Shown here one piece after another: positions 24,503 through 32,000 of a stretch of DNA of 32,000 nucleotides; within the stretch, counting starts at the first letter, position 1, and each line of letters starts with the position of its first letter. Source of the stretch: Nitrosopumilaceae archaeon (GTDB lineage Archaea; Thermoproteota; Nitrososphaeria; Nitrososphaerales; Nitrosopumilaceae); the NCBI GenBank assembly GCA_965208905.1, contig OZ242365.1:230618-262617 (forward strand). The letters are read 5' to 3'. The notes under the pieces were generated by a model. That model saw nothing but the letters and a program-made list of their open reading frames with translations, was not told the DNA's origin and ran no database searches. The translations under genes and the position numbers were made by a program.

Positions 24503-25664
24503 AATCTTCAATCTTGTCTAGTGCGGAATTTAGTGTCGATATAGGGGGCAGAAATACCAGCCGGAAATGTTCCCTGCCAAATGCCTCTCCAAATCCAGAC
24601 CCATGCACGGTTAGTACACCTTTTTGACGGAGCAGCTCCAACACAAACTCTTTGTCTGAACTATACGGGTTGTCATCTATGTGTGGAAATACATAGAATG
24701 CGCCCTTAACAGGAGGACAGGTCAAATTCGGGATGGAGTTCAGACGTTTCACCATCAGGTCTCGGCGGCGACTCATCTCAGCTACAAACTTGTCGATATA
24801 ATCCTGAGGGCCCCGCAGTGATTCAAGGGCCGCATATTGAGCGGGCATGTTGGCGGCTATGCGCACCCTAGTCAGCTGAGGCAGATATTTCTTTATATTG
24901 TGTAGTTGTGGCGAGTCGGCAAACGCAATATAGCCTAGGCGCCACCCGGTCATCAAGTTTACCTTTGAGAAGCCGTTCAGTAGAATCACTGGTGAGTCTT
25001 TGGCTACTCTACCAATGCTGGTGAACTCATCATCGTACGTTATACGATCATATATTTCATCACATATCACGTATAGATTATGCTCGTTGGCCACATCTAT
25101 TATATCTTGTAGTGATTTACGATCATACACCATACCGGTGGGATTGTTCGGGTTTATCAGACAGACTGCTACTGTCTTAGGTGTTATCTTTGAGCGCATA
25201 TCCTCAATGTCGGGCCTACCAGCAGCAAGATCGACACCAAACTCTACAGGCGTACCGCCGTGTAGCTTAACATATGAAGAGTATGGTGGATAGTATGGGC
25301 CAGGCAACAGAACCTCATCGCCGGACTCCACTATGGAGGCGGTCACCATATCCAGTGCTTCGGATATGCCGTTTGTCACGATTATACCATCTGATGATGT
25401 TTGCAGGCCTTTGGATCTCTCTTTTTCAGCTATGGCATCACGTAGTGGTTTAAGGCCTTCGGAGGGTGCATAAAAGTTGTTGCCGTTTCTGATGGCATCA
25501 ATATGCGCATTTATCACATTTTCAGGCGGCTGAAATCCGTATTGGGGCGGATCTCCGACATTAAGATATTGTACTTGGATGCCACGCTTCTCGACCTCTC
25601 TGGCGCTAAGCACTATATCCCGTATGGCATACTCCACACCCTTGACCTTGCTTGAGACTTTCAT
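24486..25664 (-). CDS. class I pyridoxal-phosphate aminotransferase (alanine/aspartate aminotransferase-like)
   Basis: 392 aa. The PLP-Lys context is NGFSKVNLMTGWRLGY. The N-terminal YAIRDIV...LNVGDP resembles archaeal AlaAT-type enzymes. Confidence 0.9.
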   Translation of the reverse strand: MKVSSKVKGVEYAIRDIVLSAREVEKRGIQVQYLNVGDPPQYGFQPPENVINAHIDAIRNGNNFYAPSEGLKPLRDAIAEKERSKGLQTSSDGIIVTNGISEALDMVTASIVESGDEVLLPGPYYPPYSSYVKLHGGTPVEFGVDLAAGRPDIEDMRSKITPKTVAVCLINPNNPTGMVYDRKSLQDIIDVANEHNLYVICDEIYDRITYDDEFTSIGRVAKDSPVILLNGFSKVNLMTGWRLGYIAFADSPQLHNIKKYLPQLTRVRIAANMPAQYAALESLRGPQDYIDKFVAEMSRRRDLMVKRLNSIPNLTCPPVKGAFYVFPHIDDNPYSSDKEFVLELLRQKGVLTVHGSGFGEAFGREHFRLVFLPPISTLNSALDKIEDFMTIR

Positions 25665-25707
25665 TGTAACAGGACAAATATTTAGCGGGGTTAATTAATT
25701 AACTGTT

Positions 25708-25782
25708 GGACCCGTAGCACAGTCTGGATAGTGCGGGCGGCTTCGGACCGCCAGGTCGGGGGATCGAAGCCCTCCGGGCCCT
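25708..25782 (+). tRNA. tRNA-Arg (anticodon TCG)
   Basis: Hand-folded 75-nt cloverleaf. The D arm is GCAC-AGTCTGGATA-GTGC, the anticodon arm is GGCGG-CTTCGGA-CCGCC, and the T arm is GGGGG-ATCGAAG-CCCTC. Caveats are an A3:C70 mismatch in the acceptor stem and an A at position 54. Confidence 0.7.
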
Positions 25783-25909
25783 CTGTGCATTTAACATTGC
25801 CGAATTGACGTAGATCCAAGTCATGTAAACGGCTCTACTGTGAAAATGCAGTCATTTTGAATTGTGAGTGCGAAGAATGGTCAGCCTATCAAGAATAGTT
25901 ATGTTATCT

Positions 25910-28081
25910 TCATTTATTTTGCTCTTTTTTTGTTCTCAGTTTGGCGCAGTCCCGAACCACCATGGCTAACAGTAATGCCCTATCTATAAGAGAGTCTCGT
26001 AGTATGTATTCGTCTGGACTTTTAAATCCGGCACCCAGAGGACCTAGTCCCTCCAATGATGGAATGGTGGTGGGCACATGACTGATATCTGATGATACAA
26101 AACGCCTTGTTGGTTTTATTGGAATGTTTACCTTCTTAGCAGCCTCTTCCACCATAGAGTATAGTTCATGTGTAACGTCTGTTTCAAGTACAGGATCCCT
26201 CCTCCGCCACCGCGAGACATCAACTCTGGCCCCGTTACCATCACGTTTCAGTACGCGACGAATCTTCTTCTCTATATCATCACCCATCTCAAAGCTGTCA
26301 TAGCTGGTAACAACGGTTATCGATGCTTTATCAGGTGAGTTGCCGTACGAGGTGTTTGCTTGTAGTGTGGGAACCATAACCCGGCATCCTTCTGTGGATA
26401 GTTTATCCAACGATACTACCTTTTTGCAGGCGTACGGAATTAAACCCGAGATTGTTGGTCTGGTGTCATCTTTTACATCACGTATCTCTATGTGATAGTC
26501 GTCCCGGCCATGACCAGATACTGCCACTCCACCATCAACATCGCCCCACTTCATGCTCAAAATGTAACGTGAACGAGAAGCATAGTCACGTATCAGATTT
26601 GCCGAGTGTTTTCCGTCCAGTGAGTCATCTGTGGTGAGCAGTATGCCGCACCGTATACGGCGAAGCCTCTTGGTAAAGCGTAGTGCCTGTAGTGCCGAGA
26701 GCATCACTGCCAGACCGCCCTTGCTCTCAGTTATACCTGTACCGTATATCTTTGTCTTGGTCTCATGAAATGGTGTGTGATCATGAGATGTGTATGGTGT
26801 ATCTAGATGGCTTAGAATCAGCACATCATTGTCAGGATGTATGTGATTTGCAAAGTAGCGTACATCACCTATATCTAAAAAGTGGTGTATATGTTCGGCA
26901 AATCCCAGATGCTCTAGCCGTTTTGACATCATCTTACCTAAGCGATTTACAGTCTCCACATCCCTAACATCGGTGTTCATATCCAGCATGTGGCGGAGGA
27001 GTTGTGTCGTGGTTTCGAGGTGGGTGCGCAAGTAGCTACGTGCCACTGTATGTAGTGGCTGGCCCGACGATGCAATGAGGGGGCGGGCGGCGGACTCGCC
27101 AAAGTTTCGTATGGCGGCCACATCCAGCATCTTGTTTATCAGTGACTCATAAGAGTATCCCGCTGCAACTGCACCGGCCACAAACGAGCCGGTCTTTCCC
27201 AAGCTGGCCATGGAGTTCAGCTCCAATATGTACATGTTACCGTCTTGGTCCATACGTATGTCCACGCGGGTATAGTCGTGCAGTCCCAGTTTTTTAAAGG
27301 CCTCTTGGCACAGTTCTTTCATCTCCTGTGTGGTGTCATCATCAAGGGGTGCCGGACACAGCTTGCGTCTTGGTGCAGACATCTTGTCGGATTTGGTCTG
27401 TATATCATCAGGACCATTCATCGCAAACTCTACTATGGGAAATGTCTCTAAGTGGTGTCCATTTCCCACCATACCCACGGCAAATTCCCTTCCGGATACG
27501 AACTGTTCTACTAGAGCATCCTGTTGGTATTTGTCAATCTCTTCTCGTACTGCATCTCTGAGATCATCGTGGTTGTCGACAACTCTCGTACCCATGGATG
27601 TAGACTCCATCTTTGGTTTCACTATGACAGGAAACTTCAGATCATCAAATGTGTCATCAGGGGTTGAAAATACCCAATAGTCGGCGGTGGGCAGATTGTT
27701 CTTTTGTAGGACGATTTTAGTCATTACTTTGTCTTGCACTATTGCGTGCGCCTCAGGCCCCGAACCTGTATAGGGAACGCCCAGCATCTCAAGCATGGCA
27801 GGCAGGTGCGTATATCTGTCATGTCCCTGTACACCATACGCCATATTAAAGACAATTCCTGGCGGCTCCCCAGCTGCAGGTTTTGCCATGAATTGATGCA
27901 ACTCCTCCATTGAACTCATGGTTCCTTCTATTATCTTGACTGTGTGACCCCCACGCTCAAGTGCGGTAGCCACCTGCTCTATGGTCTTGGGGTTGTAGTG
28001 CTCTTTGGTGGTCATGCCGTATATGTTGATCACATCGGTGGGATCGATATTCTTTTTGTTGTATATTACGGCTACCTTCAC
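25910..28081 (-). CDS. ATP-grasp (D-Ala-D-Ala ligase-like) fused to an M20 peptidase-like domain
   Basis: The N-terminal ~330 aa is Ddl-like (KVAVIYNKK..., EQFVSGREFAVG, RVDIRMDQDGNMYILELNS). The C-terminal ~380 aa is M20-like (ILSHLDTPY, YGTGITESKGGLA, LLTTDDSLDG, FVSSDISH). GTG at 28081 gives MKVAVIY; the ORF is open to TTG 28096. Confidence 0.85.
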   Translation of the reverse strand: MKVAVIYNKKNIDPTDVINIYGMTTKEHYNPKTIEQVATALERGGHTVKIIEGTMSSMEELHQFMAKPAAGEPPGIVFNMAYGVQGHDRYTHLPAMLEMLGVPYTGSGPEAHAIVQDKVMTKIVLQKNNLPTADYWVFSTPDDTFDDLKFPVIVKPKMESTSMGTRVVDNHDDLRDAVREEIDKYQQDALVEQFVSGREFAVGMVGNGHHLETFPIVEFAMNGPDDIQTKSDKMSAPRRKLCPAPLDDDTTQEMKELCQEAFKKLGLHDYTRVDIRMDQDGNMYILELNSMASLGKTGSFVAGAVAAGYSYESLINKMLDVAAIRNFGESAARPLIASSGQPLHTVARSYLRTHLETTTQLLRHMLDMNTDVRDVETVNRLGKMMSKRLEHLGFAEHIHHFLDIGDVRYFANHIHPDNDVLILSHLDTPYTSHDHTPFHETKTKIYGTGITESKGGLAVMLSALQALRFTKRLRRIRCGILLTTDDSLDGKHSANLIRDYASRSRYILSMKWGDVDGGVAVSGHGRDDYHIEIRDVKDDTRPTISGLIPYACKKVVSLDKLSTEGCRVMVPTLQANTSYGNSPDKASITVVTSYDSFEMGDDIEKKIRRVLKRDGNGARVDVSRWRRRDPVLETDVTHELYSMVEEAAKKVNIPIKPTRRFVSSDISHVPTTIPSLEGLGPLGAGFKSPDEYILRDSLIDRALLLAMVVRDCAKLRTKKEQNK

Positions 28082-28107
28082 AATATGTAATAGCAAAAAA
28101 TGTTTTT

Positions 28108-28118
28108 AATATTATAAT
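28108..28118 (-). promoter_or_regulatory. TATA-like box for the ATP-grasp/M20 gene
   Basis: The minus strand reads ATTATAATATT, centred about 32 nt upstream of GTG 28081. It lies between the gene and the tnpB remnant terminus. Confidence 0.35.
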
Positions 28119-28122
28119 AGAT

Positions 28123-28470
28123 GGTTCCTCCCGCAAAGTCGGGCGATTACACCCAGATAATGTGATGTCGCGCCGCAGCTTCAGTTGGCCGCTACACGCC
28201 TTGGGGCCGAGCTTTTCCAAACTGGCTACCCCTATGTTAGCCCCAGCATTACAGTCAGCGTGATCCGAGTGGCCGCACCGCTGCACCAGAGCTCCCTACC
28301 GTCCCGGTTGTCCTTGTGGATGCACCCACACGGACATCAACGCTGGCTGGTGTAAGCTACCATGACCCAAATGATACCACCGATACGCTGGTAAGATAGC
28401 AGAAGAGCCAGTAACCCCAGCATTGCTCGGGTATCTACTTGTTGAGTCCGGATTTTCGACTCAAGATTAT
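28123..28470 (-). pseudogene. decayed 3' portion of a tnpB element (third copy), retaining the element-1-type terminus
   Basis: The minus-strand translation gives ...GGIIWVMVAYTSQR*CPCGCIHKDNRDGRELW (in-frame stop). After a frameshift it reads CQRCGHSDHADCNAGANIG (RuvC-III). 28123-28154 matches the reverse complement of 10521-10552 at 31/32 positions. The 5' part and the left end are absent. Confidence 0.7.
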
Positions 28471-28500
28471 AATAACATCACACAATACAAGAGATTAGTA

Positions 28501-28752
28501 ATGCCTGGTATAGGATTAATGAAACGGCGATTAGAGAAAGAGAGTGATGCCATAGCTTTGGCCGTATCGGGTGTCGTAAAAAAATACAACATAGAGCCCA
28601 CTCAGCCAAAGACGCTAGAGACCAAGTATCATACAGATGCTGGAGATTGGTATGTAGCTTTAGGTTGGGACAAGATGCGAGTGGTAATAAAGATGGACTC
28701 TGTATTGGCGCAGATCACCGAAATCAAAGAGATTCCATGGAGCGATGTATAA
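28501..28752 (+). CDS. hypothetical protein
   Basis: 83 aa from ATG 28501; the upstream part of ORF 28423.. overlaps the tnpB remnant. Its stop overlaps the start of the next gene (TAATG). No motif was recognised. Confidence 0.4.
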   Translation: MPGIGLMKRRLEKESDAIALAVSGVVKKYNIEPTQPKTLETKYHTDAGDWYVALGWDKMRVVIKMDSVLAQITEIKEIPWSDV

Positions 28753-29396
28753 TGAAGGCCATAGTTATGGGCGGTACTAGAGGGATTGGTAACGCCATAG
28801 CAAACTCACTACAACGGTATGGCCACCAGGTCATATCAGTGGGGCATCACGATGTAGACACTTCAGATATAGGCTCTGTAAGGCAATTCATACATAATAA
28901 TCCAGATACAGATATTCTGGTATTAAACACAGGAGGACCGCCGCCCAAAAAGTATAACGATGTAACAGAGCAAGAGTGGCAAAAGTATCACAACCAGTTG
29001 TTTTTGAGTTTTGTACTGATACTACAGAGCATAAAAGTAAACAAGGGCGGCTATATCTTTCTGATAAGCTCATCTGTCGTAAAGGAACCCAATCCGAATC
29101 TGGCCATATCAAGTGCTTATAGGGCAGCATTTGTAGAGATATTCAAGCTGGCCAGTCGGGAACTAGCTACACAAAACATCAGCTGCATCAATATAGCTCC
29201 GGGTCTGATATCTACGGATCGCACACTAGAGATAATGAAAGATATGGAGGCAGACATATCATCCCTTCCCATGGGACGTATGGGTAGACCTTCAGAGATT
29301 GGCGACTTTGTGGGAGCCATAGTAGAGAAGCAGATAAAGTATCTGTCAGGTGTGACTGTTACATTTGATGGGGCTAGTTCAGCCCACATATTCTAG
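28752..29396 (+). CDS. short-chain dehydrogenase/reductase (SDR) family protein
   Basis: MKAIVMGGTRGIGNAIA carries the cofactor glycine motif. Also present are LNTGG, ISSS and IAPGLISTD. ATG at 28752 is preferred over the upstream ORF start. Confidence 0.85.
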   Translation: MKAIVMGGTRGIGNAIANSLQRYGHQVISVGHHDVDTSDIGSVRQFIHNNPDTDILVLNTGGPPPKKYNDVTEQEWQKYHNQLFLSFVLILQSIKVNKGGYIFLISSSVVKEPNPNLAISSAYRAAFVEIFKLASRELATQNISCINIAPGLISTDRTLEIMKDMEADISSLPMGRMGRPSEIGDFVGAIVEKQIKYLSGVTVTFDGASSAHIF

Positions 29397-30025
29397 TTCT
29401 TGAAGGCCACATTGGGAACTTCGGGTTTATTGGGTATAATAATTAGTTCGCCTTCGTGTAGTTGTTTTATAAGCTGAGCGACCTCTTTTTCGACATTGGC
29501 ACGTTGTAGGCCAGTATGTTTGGCAAATACATCCACCAACTCAGTCATCTTCCTCTCCCCATTACAACACTTCCAAAAGTCTACAATGGCCTGGTTTACC
29601 ATAAATCCCTGATCTTTGTCGTTTAACAACATCATGGAACCATCCTCCTGTGTGGCAAGCTTGCCGACGCCCTGAGGCATGGCACTATCATAATCAAATG
29701 GCGTCAAAGAGCCAGACCCGGAAGCCATACTCTTTATCTTCTCTCGCGCACCAGAGGTCATCTTATCCATGGACCAAGGTGGATCCCACACTATCTTGAC
29801 ATTGACATTATCCACGCCAGGTACCTTTTTGGCATAACGCGTAACATCCTGTACTATAGTAGCATGCAGGGGGCATCCTTGTGTAGTCATGGTCATTGTA
29901 ATATCAACATCACCTCCATTGACATCTATACCATACACAAGACCCATCTCAACTATATTCAGTGGAACTTCAGGATCCATGCATTGTTTAAGTGAGTTCT
30001 CCACATCCAGCGTACTTACAGTCAT
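29393..30025 (-). CDS. DUF59 (MIP18/SufT-like) domain fused to a PqqD-like domain
   Basis: The N-terminal half is LKQCMDPEVPLNIVEMGLVYGI...TMTTQGCPLH...VKIVWDPPW (DUF59 pattern). The C-terminal half is GSMMLLNDKDQGFMVNQAIVDFWKCCNGERKMTELVDVFAKHTG...VEKEVAQLIKQLHEGELI (PqqD pattern). ATG is at 30025. Confidence 0.8.
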   Translation of the reverse strand: MTVSTLDVENSLKQCMDPEVPLNIVEMGLVYGIDVNGGDVDITMTMTTQGCPLHATIVQDVTRYAKKVPGVDNVNVKIVWDPPWSMDKMTSGAREKIKSMASGSGSLTPFDYDSAMPQGVGKLATQEDGSMMLLNDKDQGFMVNQAIVDFWKCCNGERKMTELVDVFAKHTGLQRANVEKEVAQLIKQLHEGELIIIPNKPEVPNVAFKN

Positions 30026-30059
30026 GTTTGGTTCTGCATGTAGAAAGCATAAAAACGTT

Positions 30060-31094
30060 TTAGAAATTAGCTTTGAATAATTTTTTGATGGATTCCACAT
30101 ATGGAGCCGTCGCCACACCTGCCTCTGTAATGATACCAGATATCAGCTCAGGCGGGGTCATATCAAATGCAGGATTCAATACATTAACACCTTCAGGTGC
30201 GGTCCTATTCTCAGGCGGTCCTGAAACCTCTGCGGAGCGTCTCATCTCTATAACAACGTCTTGTGGTTCGCTATCCATATCAAATGTAGAGAGGGGTGCA
30301 GCAACATAGAAGGGTATATTGTGCTGCCTGGCCATTGTGGCTACCTGATAGGTACCTATCTTGTTGTAGACATGACCAGTGGAGAGTATACGGTCGGCTC
30401 CCACCACCACTTTATCTATCAGTCCATTTGCCATTGAATATCCTACGGCGGTATCTGAAATCAAACTGACATCAATACCATCATGCATCAACTCAAAGGC
30501 AGTAAGCCTTGAACCCTGCTGTATTGGTCTTGTCTCAGTGGCTATCACCTGTACTGATTTTCCATTCTCGGCAGCTGCGCGAATAACCCCCAATGCCGTT
30601 CCATACCCCACAGTAGCCAGTGCTCCGGCGTTACAATGGGTCATGATGGTATCACCATCACCAAAGAGAACTGAGCCATTGCGGCCCATCGTCTTATTTG
30701 TGATGATGTCATTCTCTGCCATAGAGATAGCCTCCTTGAATATTACATCCCGGGCAGTCTGTGCATCAGTGGACATCTTGGCAGTATCATATATTTTGTT
30801 GAGGGCCCACACTAAATTGACGGCAGTCGGACGGGTTGCTCTAAGATAGGTACGGGCAGCATCCAGATCACGTAGTAAGTCTTTTAGTGTTGTAGCTGAA
30901 CTCTGGCGGGATGCCAGTACCATACCAAATGCGGCAGCAACACCAATGGCAGGTGCGCCCCGTATGACCAATCTTTTGATGGCGTCAGCCACACCTTTGT
31001 AGTCGTCATACTCAACATACTCTAGTGTGCCTGGCAGTTTGGTTTGATCAATCATGGCGACCTTGTCATTCTTCCATAGAATGGTACGAAGCAT
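30060..31094 (-). CDS. mtnA: S-methyl-5-thioribose-1-phosphate isomerase family protein (MtnA / aIF-2BI type)
   Basis: The opening is MLRTILWKNDKVAMIDQTKLP. Also present are RGAPAIGVAAAFG, the catalytic-type Cys in THCNAG and the Asp in VGADRI. Confidence 0.9.
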   Translation of the reverse strand: MLRTILWKNDKVAMIDQTKLPGTLEYVEYDDYKGVADAIKRLVIRGAPAIGVAAAFGMVLASRQSSATTLKDLLRDLDAARTYLRATRPTAVNLVWALNKIYDTAKMSTDAQTARDVIFKEAISMAENDIITNKTMGRNGSVLFGDGDTIMTHCNAGALATVGYGTALGVIRAAAENGKSVQVIATETRPIQQGSRLTAFELMHDGIDVSLISDTAVGYSMANGLIDKVVVGADRILSTGHVYNKIGTYQVATMARQHNIPFYVAAPLSTFDMDSEPQDVVIEMRRSAEVSGPPENRTAPEGVNVLNPAFDMTPPELISGIITEAGVATAPYVESIKKLFKANF

Positions 31095-31148
31095 ATACCT
31101 AGACAATATCAATCCATATTTAAACAGGATTATAGCTCGTTAACAGAG

Positions 31149-32000
31149 ATGGTAGTAATATCGAAATCTCTGTTGGCCAAGTATGACACACAGGACATGT
31201 GTTCTGTATACGATATGTGGCCTGAGATTGCGCAAGAGGCATACAATGCAGGACAAGATACCAAGATTGTAGATACAACAGGTATAAACCATATAGTCTT
31301 TGCAGGCATGGGTGGGAGCGGAGCCCTGGGGGACTATTATGCTGCATTACTCTCAAATCACAACACCCATGTAACTGTCGTAAAAGGCTATAGGCTGCCA
31401 AAGACTGTGGATAACAATACACTAGTAGTGTGCAATAGCGTCTCTGGCAACACCTCAGAGACTCTAACTATATTAAAAAAGTCATTAAGACAACCTTGCA
31501 GGCGCATAGCACTCTCGGCGGGTGGCAAAATGAGAGAGTTCTGCACACAGAATGATATTCCACATTACACTGTTGATATGTTTCACACTCCACGTGCATC
31601 ATTTGTGGCTTATGTATATGCCCTCCTAGGCATACTAAAGATAGGCACAACAGCACATGATATAGACGAATCCATAAGTATAATGCAAGAAAAGAGATCA
31701 CAAATACAATCTACAAATTTAACCACAGAAAATCCGGCGCTAAATTTAGCAACAAAATTAACTAAAATTCCTTTGATTTATTATCCGTGGGGACTTCAGG
31801 CCGCTGCCGTACGATTTAAAAATTCATTACACGAGAATGCTAAGATGCATGCAATGATCGAGGATGTGATAGAAGCAGGACACAATGGAATAATGTCTTG
31901 GGAGATGCCAGCAAATGTGCAGCCTGTATTTATACAAGGTGCCGATGACAATCGTAAAACCAAGGAACGCTGGAAGATATTTGAGGATTATTTTAGTGAA
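31149..32000 (+). CDS. bifunctional phosphoglucose/phosphomannose isomerase (SIS domain), 3' end beyond the window
   Basis: Translated by hand and not in the ORF track, because no stop falls inside the window: MVVISKSLLAKYDTQDM...FAGMGGSGALGD...CNSVSGNTSETL...YYPWGLQAAAVRFKNSLHENAK. This is the archaeal PGI/PMI pattern. Confidence 0.8.
   Translation, partial: MVVISKSLLAKYDTQDMCSVYDMWPEIAQEAYNAGQDTKIVDTTGINHIVFAGMGGSGALGDYYAALLSNHNTHVTVVKGYRLPKTVDNNTLVVCNSVSGNTSETLTILKKSLRQPCRRIALSAGGKMREFCTQNDIPHYTVDMFHTPRASFVAYVYALLGILKIGTTAHDIDESISIMQEKRSQIQSTNLTTENPALNLATKLTKIPLIYYPWGLQAAAVRFKNSLHENAKMHAMIEDVIEAGHNGIMSWEMPANVQPVFIQGADDNRKTKERWKIFEDYFSE

Noticed and set aside
1-32000. CRISPR arrays, rRNA genes, prophage/integrase modules and toxin-antitoxin pairs.
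   Set aside because: No regularly spaced direct repeats, rRNA-like conserved strings, integrase genes next to the tRNAs or small paired ORFs of that kind were seen on reading the sequence and the ORF track.

Overview
The window is an archaeal chromosomal segment. Archaea-specific genes include eS19, a PDCD5-like protein, Dph2, TiaS, an aIF-2BI/MtnA-like isomerase and a PGI/PMI. There is also a heme-copper oxidase operon with a fused two-domain blue-copper protein and a 4-TM heme A synthase. By inference this points to an aerobic Nitrososphaerota (Thaumarchaeota)-like genome. Most of the window is ordinary housekeeping or metabolic coding sequence: thiolase plus DUF35, an aminotransferase, an F420 reductase plus a PPOX-class protein, a PQQ sugar dehydrogenase, an SDR, a methyltransferase and two tRNAs.

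The most unusual content is mobile DNA. Two complete tnpB-only elements with unrelated sequences are each bounded by perfect terminal inverted repeats (25 bp and 28 bp). Each is also flanked by an 8-bp direct repeat (8/8 and 7/8 identical). That is a DDE-transposon-like shell, which is not expected for IS200/IS605-type TnpB elements. A third, decayed tnpB remnant keeps the same 32-bp terminus as element 1. A short rve-type DDE transposase fragment is also present.

Other items worth a second look:
- an initiator tRNA with an apparent ~15-nt D-loop insertion
- a GC-elevated ORF-free stretch of about 380 bp
- a wHTH/ATP-cone/NrdD-like fusion protein
- an ATP-grasp fused to a degenerate M20 peptidase-like domain
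- a DUF59/PqqD-like fusion
- two tandem secreted proteins sharing a W-rich C-terminal module

No CRISPR array or rRNA gene was seen. All homology calls come from reading motifs by eye; no searches were run.
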